Positions 1-12,066 of a DNA stretch of 64,000 bases are shown piece after piece. Position 1 is the first letter of the stretch. Every line of letters starts with the position of its first letter. Location: assembly GCF_006345805.1 (NCBI RefSeq), contig NC_043002.1:91760001-91824000 (forward strand), read 5' to 3'. The DNA comes from Octopus sinensis. Lineage: Eukaryota. Both the position numbers and the translations under genes were made by a program. A model generated the notes under the pieces. It was not told the origin of the DNA. It did no database searches and saw only the letters and a list, made by a program, of their open reading frames with translations.

Positions 1-91
1 GAAGACACTTGCTCAAGATGTCACGCAGTGGGACCGAACCCGGAACCATGTGGTTGGTTAGCAAGCTACTTACCACACAGCCACTGCTGCG

Positions 92-96
<5 letters not shown>
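1..96 (-). mobile_element. SINE family A, tRNA-derived head (partial)
   Basis: Reverse complement of the head seen at 1451 and 25958 (taggcgcag..gctgtgtggtaagtagcttgct..ggttccgggttcggtcccactgcgtg), with A- and B-box-like motifs. Confidence 0.85.
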
Positions 97-157
<61 letters not shown>

Positions 158-249
158 GCATGTGTGTGTGCTTGTGTGACATGATGGCGATAAGGTTGTA
201 GTAATAGTGTATGCAGTAGTAATAGTTTAGCGCGATTTTCTTTGTAGTT

Positions 250-301
<52 letters not shown>

Positions 302-989
302 CAATGGTGGTGGTGGTGAGATGTGGTGCTGGGGACTACCAGTGACAGTGCAACGGTTGCTGCTGCCGCGAAACGAGACGTCCGAGTTAAAAAGAAAAAC
401 CTCAAAATGTCTTCAACGTGATATTTCGTTGTGTGTTATCAATAGACGTTATCTCTGCGATCTATCAACGTTTATCTAAATAACAGCTGGTGTTAATTAA
501 ACTGGCCTTTGTTTCTCTTACTCTTACATTAAACATCTTGACCTAGTTTTGTATTGCTCGAGCTATTGGGACAGAACGCATGTTTAAGTGAGATTTGTAA
601 TCTAAATGTATCTCTGTCAGTTTCGTTGACGAGAATTCCAACTGTTTAGCTAAGCAACGTAATCATTGTATGATAGTTAGTGCAAGTAGATAAGTGTACC
701 ACGGACACTTGTACTATTACAATATTCCTTTGGTAAAATCAGAGTAACATATGAGACATCTCTGGCTCTTTGATACGTACAGGCGATTCATATTATTACA
801 TTGTAAGTATACGGAGTTGGATTCAACATGATACTGTGTGTGACAGACTATCTCATAAATTTCATCATTATTTTTGTATTTAGGAATAGTCATTTTGCCA
901 TTTTAGCCAATAAAACCACACGCACTATATATTTGGTGTTACTTTGCTTCAGTGTTATTTATTTTTTACATTAAACTTAATCTTATTTC

Positions 990-1033
990 GGCCAGAGTTC
1001 TTTCGTCACACTTCTGTGACCGCATCAGTGGTC
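990..1033 (-). ncRNA. Degenerate minimal type I hammerhead ribozyme (A9C)
   Basis: Minus strand reads gacca-CTGATGC-g-gtcac(agaagt)gtgac-GAAA-gaac-TC-tggcc. Stems I and II pair, one core substitution is present, and AATAAA follows downstream. Confidence 0.5.
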
Positions 1034-1199
1034 CTTTGCTTTCTTCTTTCTTATTTGTGTGTCTCTCCTTACTAACCGTCAGCCATTTTGTATTTTTTTT
1101 AAATTTCCCCTTCAGCGAACATGTTACAGAGTGGAGTCAAAGGCTGAAGCTGACGATTGCAAAACGAACGTCGAAGCTATTTGATTTTAGGCACAAGAC

Positions 1200-1382
1200 C
1201 TAAAATTTGAGGGGAGCGGGTTAGTTGATTACATCGGCCCCAGTGCTCGACTGATGCTTCTTTTATTGATCCCGAAAGGATGAAACGCAAAGACGACCCC
1301 CTGCGGAATTTGGACTCAGAACCTAAAGACGGTCGAAGTATTTCGTCAGGCTTGCTAACGATTCTGCCAGCTCATCGCTTAA
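1200..1382 (-). mobile_element. SINE family C, diverged copy
   Basis: Matches the reverse complement of the 24814-25043 copy through head and central domain. Confidence 0.8.
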
Positions 1383-1450
1383 GTTATTAAGATAATATCA
1401 AGGTAACAATGGCTAGATATGGCAGTATTACGTATAAAATATAAGCAACA

Positions 1451-1840
1451 TAGGCGTAGGAGTTGCTGTGTGGTAAGTAGCTTGCTTACGAACTACATGG
1501 TTCCGGGTTCAGTCCCACTGCGTGGCAACTTGGGCAAGTATCTTCTACTATAGCCTCAGGCCGACCAAAGCCTTGTGAGTGGATTTGGTAGGTGGAAACT
1601 GAAAGGAGCCCGTCGTATATATGTATATATATATATGTGGGGTATGTCTGTGTTTGTCCCCCCAGCATCGCCTGACAACCGATGCTGGTGTGTTTACTTC
1701 CCCGTAACTTAGCGGTTCGGCAAAAGAGACCGAATAAATAAGTACTAGGCTTCCAAAGAATAAGTCCTGGGGTCGATGTGCACAACTAAAGCGGTGCTCC
1801 AGCATGGCCACAGTCAAATTACTGAAACAAGTAAAAGAGA
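1451..1840 (+). mobile_element. SINE family A, full length with internal microsatellite
   Basis: tRNA-like head, CORE-like cttgggcaagt block, internal (TA)n, 3' half ending gactgaaacaagtaaaagag. Collinear with the copies at 25958 and 54943. Confidence 0.9.
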
Positions 1841-1869
1841 GAGCATGGATAGTTCACTGTAGTGGATAT

Positions 1870-2300
1870 CGTGTCCATAACATTTCACTGTGCCTTGTTA
1901 CGGCGATTCCAAAAAAGGTTAACATCAGTAAACACGTTTATAATTTCAGTACACTTAGGGAGGCTGGTACTAATCAATTCACCAGTAAATGTTCGCTTTG
2001 GTTTTACAGACTCAACAGTAAGATTTGCACGCTCATTTTGGATGCATTGCTATGCTGACTTCTGCAGCATTTCAACAGATCACCTCTTACTATGAGATTT
2101 CATTAACACCTCCAAATAAACTTCCACCTTGAGATTTTGCAGTCTGGCCAGCTCGATGATGTCATTGATGGCTGCTGGATCTATTACTTCGTAATTTTCC
2201 AAGACATCGCCATACTTCTAGCTATAACTTTTTCCTGGCTGTGTTCGCTTAGTTACATTTCTCGATTACTACATCAAAACTGATTTGATATTCCCTATGA
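1870..2300 (-). pseudogene. Tigger/pogo transposase C-terminal relic
   Basis: Manual translation gives RKKL*LEV..KYGDVLENYEVIDPAAINDIIELARLQNLKVEVYLEVLMKSHSK, resembling the Tigger C-terminal WKKLWP..IV.LA..L.LE..ELL.SH pattern. Contains stops. Confidence 0.45.
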
Positions 2301-2569
2301 CAGTCTTTGACAGATAGCTTTACATGGCTATTTCTTGAACGAGTAGTCTGAACGTGAAGTGAAAGTTTTAAGACGTGATTAGAACTTTCACTTCGAAATA
2401 ACGCATTACCCACCCTATAAAAATTTTTGTGGTTAAAAGCAGGCGAGTTTCCAACTGATGCTACCCGACTGCCAGACGCACTGTTTAGGGGTGGTTTTAC
2501 TTCTCCAATGATTGATATCACCTCGACAGTTAGGATTCCGATAAGAGGTTTCTGTTTCTATGAATCAAA

Positions 2570-2639
<70 letters not shown>

Positions 2640-2697
2640 TATACATACATATATGCATACATGCGTACATAAATACATACATACATACATACATACA

Positions 2698-2728
<31 letters not shown>

Positions 2729-3691
2729 GTAAGAAGTATGGTAAGTCGATCTGGTCGTATGTCGGATATATATTTTTCAACACTATTTTCATTCAAATGC
2801 AACTAATGTTTGAAAGTGACTGAATGAAAGACAGTAGCAAGCAGTGGATGCCTGGGCCCGAGGGAAGCATGCGTTGCCAAGATGCTGCCATAGTTATCGT
2901 ACGCGCAGCTGCCCAACGTCCGAAAATCGATTTATAATTAATTAATTTGTTTTTTAATTCTTTATATTCTTTTGCGGTCGTAAGTGCGGATTGTCGTAAG
3001 TCGAGAAGAAAGTACATATATGTGTGGTGTGTGTGTGTGTGCATGGTTGTGTGTGTATGTATATATATATATATATATATATATTATTGCATACACACAC
3101 CATACATACATACACAGAAGCAACCATAACTGTAGAGAAAACTACAAATACCATAACAAGGTACGTATATATTGGGCCCTAGCTCGAAAATCACATGGTT
3201 TTCAGGCGTGTAGCACAATCGCTTAGCCACTACAGGTCTTTACATGGCTACGTGTCGGAGTAGTGGCGCGTGTCAGGGCCCCAGCTATAGCTTAATTAGC
3301 ATATTAGGGTTTGCCTATCAGTGCGTGTGAAGGCTGGATCCGGCAGATTCTGATGAAAAAATTTTCATGGTACATCGGAATGGAAGACGTATGCAGTAAC
3401 GTTTTGTGGAGCGCAGAGTGCAAGATGTGGCAAGTAAGTCATTTAGGTGGTCCCCTGCATGCGTTTCCATCCGCAATCGTCTTGACTTGGTCTTTCCACT
3501 GGATTGAAGATGGTCACGGTTGAGAGGGCGAAGTTGACAGTGCCCAACACTTCTTTTGAACAAAATCACGACACAAGTCATCAGTTATCATTAAGGTTAG
3601 CTTGATGCTCCTCGTCGCTCCATGTACATATGTTTATATATCTGTTATGTTCTTTTCTGTTTTTAATAATTTAATTTTTTTTTCTCTGAAG

Positions 3692-3822
3692 AAGGAACTA
3701 TTTTCCAACAAAAATACAAAGCTACATCGTTGGAATATAGATAACAAAAAGCAATGTCACATTCTAAACTTGAAAAAAGTATCGCATATTTTTATTTACA
3801 AATTGTATTTGTAATGTGCGAG
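3692..3822 (+). CDS. Candidate spliced exon with ATG at 3754 (MSHSKLEKSIAYFYLQIVFVMCE, signal-peptide-like)
   Basis: Acceptor ttttttttctctgaag, ATG 3754, 23 open codons ending at a consensus donor GAG|gtaagt (3823). No homology recognised. Confidence 0.3.
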
Positions 3823-3901
3823 GTAAGTTAGTTGATTTCTTTATCTGAAAATCTTAGCTTCTTCAGATTTGTAACTTCAGCATTTACTCACCAAACCAAG
3901 T

Positions 3902-4170
3902 GGACACAGTGTGAGACGACTGTTGTTATCGTTAGGCCTAACTCATCGTAAAGTCAATACCACCATGACCGATATCCAAACTACAGTGGAGAAGGCTAGC
4001 CACTGGATTTGGTTAAAAAGAGATGATGAGCGATGGCTAGAAGAATATTGAGCTTTATTTGATAACCAGCTGATCTAGCAAGCGGAGCCTCATATCAGTG
4101 ATGCCGTCGATAGGTAGGCCCTGAAATGGCGTGCATTCTCTCCTGATGACGCCATACACTTGCTGACTTC
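3902..4170 (+). mobile_element. 3' end of a HERO-like (REL endonuclease) non-LTR retrotransposon
   Basis: Open frame 3902-4051 GHSVRRLLLSLGLTHRKVNTTMTDIQTTVEKASHWIWLKRDDERWLEEY* matches the C-terminal pattern (G.S.RRLL..LG..AE.AS.WLW.KR...W) I recall for HERO-type elements. 5' truncated. Confidence 0.65.
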
Positions 4171-4204
4171 CGGTATGCGGAGTTTTTGACTGGTAGCACT
4201 TGCA

Positions 4205-4670
4205 TGTGCAAGTTGTATGCAAGACATCTGGTATTAATGGGAATATATAATATGGATAAAGAAGCTGGAGGTTTTGAAGCAGTTGTTCATAATTGTCCTC
4301 TCTCCCTTTGATTTTCAAGGAGAGATTCACTTTAGCGGGTCAGGTGACCTCTATGGTGGTACATACTTTTTTCTTGTCAGTCCCAAACAACAATATCCGG
4401 AATCTTATGCTTACACTTGACAGAAGTTTTGGTGGGAATGCTCTACCAGTATTCCTTGTGTTGATCTTTGTGTATAAATTCAATAAGAAGGGAATCATTA
4501 TATCTATTCCAGAATTTCCCTTTTTTCCCCAATGGCATTATATATGCTTTTTCCGACAACGTCGTGTCGCATAGCAGAGTTGTACCATGACATTTTGGGC
4601 AGCTGTTAATCATATGTATGATGCTTTCCATAGAAATACGACATAATCTACGTTTTCGGTTGCATCTTGG
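4205..4670 (-). mobile_element. Decayed REL-type LINE C-terminus (zinc knuckle and PD-(D/E)xK nuclease)
   Basis: ESIIHMINSCPKC (CCHC knuckle region), then across frameshifts KHKIPDIVVWD..KKVCTTIEVT*PAKVNLSLKIKGREDNYEQL. Confidence 0.7.
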
Positions 4671-4775
4671 AGCTCCAAGGGCTTTACTGACTTTATTGTT
4701 TATTAGTTATTTCGTATGTATATATATATATATATATTATATATTATATATATATAATATATATATATGTATGTA

Positions 4776-4904
4776 TGGCCTGCTCGCTTAGCCAGCGGGG
4801 TGGCGTTATTCAAAGGCTAAAATAATGCGAACGCATTGTGACCAGCGATGTGTAAGAACATCTGATGGTCTGGTGGGTCACTTGATATATCACGTGGTCA
4901 CGTG

Positions 4905-4905
<1 letters not shown>
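4776..4905 (+). repeat. Orphan SINE tail module Y
   Basis: ggcctgctcgcttagccagcgggg..gcgaacgcattgtgaccagcgatgtg also ends the SINEs at 47679 and 10051. Confidence 0.7.
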
Positions 4906-4935
<30 letters not shown>

Positions 4936-5662
4936 TGCAGGCATGTTTGTGTATGTTTATGTATTTATGTATGTATGTATGTATGTATGTATGTATGTAT
5001 GTATGTATGTATGTATAAGTATTGGTGTGTTTGAATATATATGACTGTGTGTTTTCGCATCCATATTGGGGAGCGTAAGCGCGTACCGTGGCGATGGATT
5101 TGGTTTTATACGTCGGAAAACTATGTATGTGCTGTATAAATCTAAATGATAAGCAGACACTCATACATTAATCTACAAGAAAATAGAGGGGGGCGCCATT
5201 CCTCTGGTATTTCCCTAGCCCTACACACAATAACAATATTGTACAATGAATATGAATAAACATTATGAACATTCCCCAGGGAGTTCTGTAGGATATTTCG
5301 GTTTACTAGAAATAGCAACCAAATTCCTCAAACCACATTGTACCATCCTAAAAAAAAAGGCCAAAAAAAAAGTTTGCTCACATCTATTCTCAGATATACA
5401 AATAATGCCTTCATCATAACTTGGAATGTTTTTGATCTTAGATCACATGGATCAGGGCTAGCCTGGGGCTAAATAATAACGGCAATTCTTAAGAGACCTT
5501 ACATTCTTATCATAGCAAAGTCTATGCACGAAATTCTACTCTGATCATTTATTTAAATTACTATCGATTATTTAGTGTTTTTAGTAAATGTTCAATCAAC
5601 AGCGAACATCAGAACGTCACAGATCATCATGTTTTGTTCTCAGGCTATTTGCTTCCAACGTG

Positions 5663-5707
<45 letters not shown>

Positions 5708-5867
5708 ATATGTATGTATTAATATGATACACACAGAGGCATAAATATATAGAGATGAATAAATATATTCATATACGTACATATATATACACGTACATAC
5801 AGATGTATATATATATATATATATAGTGAGAGAGAGAGAGAGAGTGAGTGAGTGAGTGAGAGACTGA

Positions 5868-5888
5868 CAGATAGACAAACAGACAGAC

Positions 5889-5940
<52 letters not shown>

Positions 5941-5976
5941 GGATGGATGGATGGATGGATGGATGGATGGATAGAT

Positions 5977-6065
<89 letters not shown>

Positions 6066-6066
6066 G
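5868..6066. repeat. (GATA)n/(GGAT)n microsatellite block
   Basis: Read directly. Other (GATA)n blocks lie at 44281-44345, 57146-57300 and 62297-62378. Confidence 0.95.
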
Positions 6067-6529
6067 CAAATATTCATCGTGTGTTAATTTCGTTTTTATT
6101 CACTTCAAGCCGAACGACTTCTGGACAGATAACAGAAAATATGATCACAATTCGATTTCACTAAATGTTACAATAAACTGGAAATAAAAACAGGCGGAAA
6201 TTAGAACGGGATTGTGGACTATGATACCTTTTTTTTTCTTTTGCAGTAATTTAGATGCTGAACTCACGGCCCTTTCTGAACAGCTTAGAATTGGGGGAAT
6301 AAGGAAGCATGTTTTACTCAGACTGGACATCTGACCCGAAATTTGCTACAGAGTGGACACCGCTTAAAATCAACCGAGCAGAGCACCTAAAGCCATAGTG
6401 TTGAATGCATGATAGATACCGACTGTCAACTAAAACAAGGACTTTTACCAAGATTAACTTCGACCCTGTTTGCTTCTACAAACTTTCCCTTGCAGGGTTT
6501 CGATCGTCCCGAAATAATGGTTCCAAATT

Positions 6530-6960
6530 TTGACAGAAAGCCACAAATTTCGGGGTACAGTGTAAGTGGCTTTCATTGACCCCTAGCGTACGACTGGTGC
6601 TTATTTCATCGATCCCGATTGGATGACAGGCAAAGTCGACCTCGGTGGAATTTGAAAGGAGGACGTAAAGACAGACGAAATGCCGTTAAGCATTTTGCCC
6701 GGCGTGCTAACCATTCTGTCAGCCTATCACCTTAGATCGCCCGGAAATAATATTGATTTCAAATTTTGGCACAAGGCCAGAAATTTCGTGGGAATGTGTA
6801 AGTCGATTACATCGACCCCACCGTGTTCAACCGAACAGGAAGGGAGGGGAAGAAAGGCAAACTCGACCTCGGCGGAACATAAAAATGGACGAAATGCCGC
6901 TAAGTATTTCCTCTGACATGCTAACGATTCTGTCTGCTCGCTGTCTTTCGTCTCGGCGTA
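6530..6960 (-). mobile_element. Two head-to-tail SINE family C subfamily copies
   Basis: gtcgacctcgg(t/c)ggaa..gacgaaatgccg(t/c)taag occurs twice (about 6636 and 6863), each preceded by a ttttg(a/g)ca..aag(g/c)cc tail variant. Confidence 0.75.
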
Positions 6961-7470
6961 GTATTACTAAGCAGTAAGTAGACTGCGATTCGCTGAGATA
7001 GGAATCAACATGGAAAGTACGTAGTTATAAGACGAACTTACACCACTACGCAATTCCCTTGGGGGCATCCTCCCTTTCAAAATCTCACATATCCAATCAT
7101 ATAATATTATTTTATTATATTTTTTATTATTTCCTTTTGTCTGGTACTCGTGGAATGTAAATCTTTGTTCGCTGTTTGTGTAGGGTCTTTTGTGAGAAGA
7201 AAGCAGTAGTTTGAAGTATCTGTAATCTGTATTAGAGTGGTTAATATTGTGTTGGAAGATAAATGGAGGCTGCTTGTTAATGGGAGAATATATACACACT
7301 GTAATGAACTGTCGAAAGATGCTGATGTTCATCGCAAGAAAGATTATATTACTTACTCAAAAGGGAGTATGGTGAAATGGAGCCTTAATGAGATTAGGGA
7401 CTTGTAATTATCGATAGATATGTTTTGTTAAGAGAGTTATTGTGCTAATCAGTTCAAAAGAATAGTAATA

Positions 7471-7526
<56 letters not shown>

Positions 7527-7668
7527 ATATGTATGTATAAGTATGCACGCACATATATATACATATACTTATATACATACATGAACACATACACATACAT
7601 ATATACATATTCATACCTACATATATATATATATATATATATACAAATGCGTATATAAATATGTATGC

Positions 7669-7701
<33 letters not shown>

Positions 7702-7754
7702 ATATATGTATGTATGTATATATGCATGTACACACACATATACATATATATATA

Positions 7755-7805
<51 letters not shown>

Positions 7806-7813
7806 TATGTATG

Positions 7814-7848
<35 letters not shown>

Positions 7849-7990
7849 ATATGCATGTACACACACATATACATATATATATATTTATATATATACATAT
7901 ATACATGCACACATAAATACATATATGCATACATACACACACATACACATACATACACGCACAAACACACACACACTCACACGCACACAG

Positions 7991-8062
<72 letters not shown>

Positions 8063-10050
8063 TATAATATATATGCAGTAATCATTTCATATACGTTCTC
8101 CATGAACTATGAAAGCATATATTTTTACAACTTCCCAATTCTCAGTTATATAACCAAGTGTCTATGTGAAGAAAATAAAGAATCAATATATATTTCAATT
8201 ATTAATTTGAACAGAATAAGAACCGGGCTTTCGCCATACATAAATATATGGCCGTACAAGTGTGTAACTACCGTAAGTGTTTGTCTAAATATGACGATGT
8301 ATGCGCAAGTGTTTGTGTGCTAAATGCATTTACGTATTACTATATGTAAATTTATATAATTGCTTCTTTCTTGCTTTTTCTTTCTTTCTTTCTATCTTTC
8401 ATTCATGTTTTCTTTCTTTCTTGCTTGCTTGCTCTCTCTCTCTCTATCTCTATCTATCTCTCTCTATCTCTCTCTTGTCTCTCTCTTTGTCTTTTTTCTC
8501 CCTCTAAATGTCTGCATATATGTTTACGTTGTGTAAGTTTATACATACATTCATACCTATACACACACAAACACACAAACACACACACATACACACACAC
8601 ACACATACACACACACACGCACACGCACACACATACATGCATGAATCTAAACATGAATAATTGAATGGTTGCTTAGGTGTTTGTGTGGCTGTAAAGATGG
8701 ATTCAGTGAACGTTTGTTGGAAATGTATTTATTTTTAGCGGAAAATATCTTCGCATTTTGCCTAATTAGATTAGAAAAAAGCTTTCATGTTGTGTGGGTG
8801 CATCGATTTTGCTGAGAATATCTATGACAAGAGATTGGCACCAGAGATATGGCCTTTCTGTTAACATCGGAAATGTTAAAGCATATCTTTATATCTTTTT
8901 TTTTCTATTGTTATTTCTCTTCATTTTCTGTACTTTTTATTATTTTCCAAGTGAGTTTACTACCTCCCATCTATCGTTCAAACAGATTAGTGCCAATTCA
9001 TACTCTGCACATTCTTTTATATGGATTGTTTTTGTTCACCTTGTGTACAAATATTTGTGTATTTCCCGAGTAATACAACGCAACAAAAATATTTGGTGTT
9101 GGTTCATATGATTTCATTTCAAACACAACATCACAAATTGTCAATAGGTATGTATTTTAATTAGGTATACCTTTTTACGATAGTGTTATATATGTTCCTA
9201 TATAAGATCAAACACGAAGGCATTAGTTTATTTCTTTTTCTTTATTTTTGGTTAAATGAATATAAAATAGTCACTTCATTTTAATAGTGATTTGTATCCA
9301 ATATAAATAGCTCAAACCAGAAATCAAAAGAACTGTGTTGAATTTTATTCAGCGTGAGCTCTTCTTTGCATCCATGTTCACTTCGCGCTCCCCTATTTTT
9401 TTCGAGTCCACTGTAAGCTCCAATTTTGAGTATGAAATTTGTTCACCTTCCACTTACATTTTCCCCAAAGACGGTTACGGAGACAGATAAATGAGATAAA
9501 TATTTACCTCATTTTAAAAGAGAGCTGCATTCATTAGAAATGGCTTCTACAAAAGAATCAAGAGAACTGCGTATGAATTTTGTTCACCGGGATCTCATCT
9601 CTTGTTCCATGTTCACCCCACGCTCACTTTGTTCTATGTTGACTGCAAGCTCAAATTTTGAGTACGAAATTTGTTCACCTTGCGCTTATCTCTTCTCCAA
9701 AGACTACACTGGCGGCTTTGAAGATATATGTGTTTGTAAAACACTAGACTAAATATATTACAGTACTTATTTTTGGCAAACGTGATTCTAAGCTCAACTA
9801 CATTCTACGTCAACTTAAGTGAACATCTTTGAAATCAGGTAACAATTATCCACTTAAGTACATTTGATCGAGAAATCTTCGAAATAGTACTGGTCAGATT
9901 ATTCTTGTTGTTGTTGTATTTTTCCTGTTGTTCATCGCCTTATTCAACCCCGATTAAGCTATGATCAAACGCATTCCAGCTTTGACCATCCAACTTTCTT
10001 TCAGTTATAGATAATATACTTTTAGGATCATTAATGAATTTCCTAAACAC

Positions 10051-10300
10051 AAGGCGTGGCCTAGTGTTTAGGAAATTGCAATCACGATCACTAAGTCACG
10101 AGTTCGATTCCCGGACTGAGCGGCGCGTGTTCTTGAACAAAACACTTCATTTCACGTTGTTCCATTCCACTCAGCCGTAAATGCATCACCCTGTGACAGA
10201 ATAACTTTCTTATCAGGGGTCGGGGTGACATCATTCGAAATCTAAAAACAATGCGAAGCGCATCGTGACCAGCGATGTATAACAACATCCGATAGTCAGG
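10051..10300 (+). mobile_element. SINE family B head with tail Y
   Basis: ggcgtggcctagtgtttagg..gagttcgattccc head, cttgaacaaaacacttcatttcacgttg..ccactcagc body, tail gcgaagcgcatcgtgaccagcgatg. Confidence 0.8.
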
Positions 10301-10561
10301 GCAGTACCGTGCGTTATCCTTAAATTTTAAAGATTAACTGGCGTGATTCGAACAAGCTTTGGCTATTGTTTCTAGACGGTCATGCAACGATCTTGATGGT
10401 CTTGTCTATGGTTAGTACCAATCTGAAACTAGGTGAGCTGCGCAATAAACTCATAGCTCCATACACATCTTTTTTAATAAACGTAATGAGGATAAGATAC
10501 GAGGTGATGAGTAACATTGATACCCTTCGACATTTCATACACACAAATCCACATGCATACA

Positions 10562-10636
<75 letters not shown>

Positions 10637-11099
10637 ACATATATATATCATCAAAACCGAGGATTCTCCGAAATGAGATGAAAGTGCTAAATATATAATT
10701 ATGCAAAATCCTGAATACCTCCTTTTTATTAATATATGACAAATGCACATCACTTCAGTCTTTCTCTTTTTCTTTCCTTTTTTCTTCCTTTCCTTCTTTC
10801 TTTCCTTTATTCTTTCTTTCTTTCTTTCTCACTCCTTATATATCTGTATGTCCGTGCGTGTTTGTGTGCGTGTGTGTGTGTGTGCGTGAGTGTGTGTGCT
10901 CTCGAGCGTGTGGGTGTGTTTGCGTGTGAATGCGTGTATGTGTGAGTGAGTGTGTGTGTGTGTGTGTGAGTGAGTGTGTGTGAGTGTGAGTGTGTGTATG
11001 AGTGTGTGTGTGTGTGTGTGTGTACGTGTGTGTGTCTGTGTGCAGCCATGGTTACATGGTTAAGAAGCTCGCTTTGCAACTAAGTGGATTCAGTTTCTA

Positions 11100-11370
11100 G
11101 AATGACGATGCGTTATGTTTTTGAGCAAAAGACTTCCTTTCCCATTGACCCAATCCAGCCACCTGTAAATGGGCAACACTGCGAGGAATAGGCGTCCCGT
11201 TCGGGGAGTACGTTGGCCAACCCATCGTACATTTGATCGAGAAATCTTCGAAATAGTATTGGTCAGCGTTTACGGCTGAGTGGACTGGAACAACGTGAAA
11301 TGCAGTGTTTTGCTCAAGAACTCGCACCGCTCAGTCCGGGAATCGAACTCGTGACCTAAAGATCGTGAAC
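11100..11370 (-). mobile_element. Composite SINE family B-related copy with an internal insert
   Basis: ggctgagtggactggaacaacgtgaaatgcagtgttttgctcaagaa and ccgggaatcgaactcgtgacc are the reverse of the B body and head. Confidence 0.7.
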
Positions 11371-12034
11371 AGCAGGCTGGCATCAATCAATAACAACAAC
11401 AATGTGAAGACGGGCATTGTCGTAAGTATATGTATAACATCCGATCGTTTCGTTAATATAGTTATACAGGGATTATATACATATATGCATTCGTATATAT
11501 GTGTGCGTGCATCTGTGTGTGTGTGTTTTTGTGTGCTAGTGTATGCGTATTCTCAGTATTTATATGTGTATATGTGTGTATTTGGTGTGTTTGTCTGTGT
11601 AAGTATTTATATATTTATATATATGTGTGTTTGTGTGAGTGTATGTCTGTGTGAGTGAGTGTCAGTGTGTGTCTTTGTGTCTACGTTTGTTATCTCTTCC
11701 TTGTCGCTTGACAACCGGTAGTGGTTTGTTTACGTCCCCATATTTTAGCGGTTTGATAAAAAGGCCCAATAGACCAAATACGATTCTACAAAAAAAAAAC
11801 AAAAAACAAACAAACAAACAAAAGATCTTTAGTTCTGAAATTGATTTGCCCAACTAAAACCCTTTATTCCAATGGTCCACCATGGATATAGTTCAATGAC
11901 TGCTATAAGTAAATGGTAATATATGTGATATATGATCTGGCAAATTTTTTAACAAGGAAACTGGTTTACTGGTTTGTATCAAGCCAACTGGCTAATCGCG
12001 ACACCAGTGCCTGATCTGTCTTTGTCAATTTTGC

Positions 12035-12066
<32 letters not shown>

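Noticed and set aside
8849-8956. Hydrophobic ORF ending at CAA|gtgagt
   Set aside because: The hydrophobicity is explained by T-rich composition and there is no other support.
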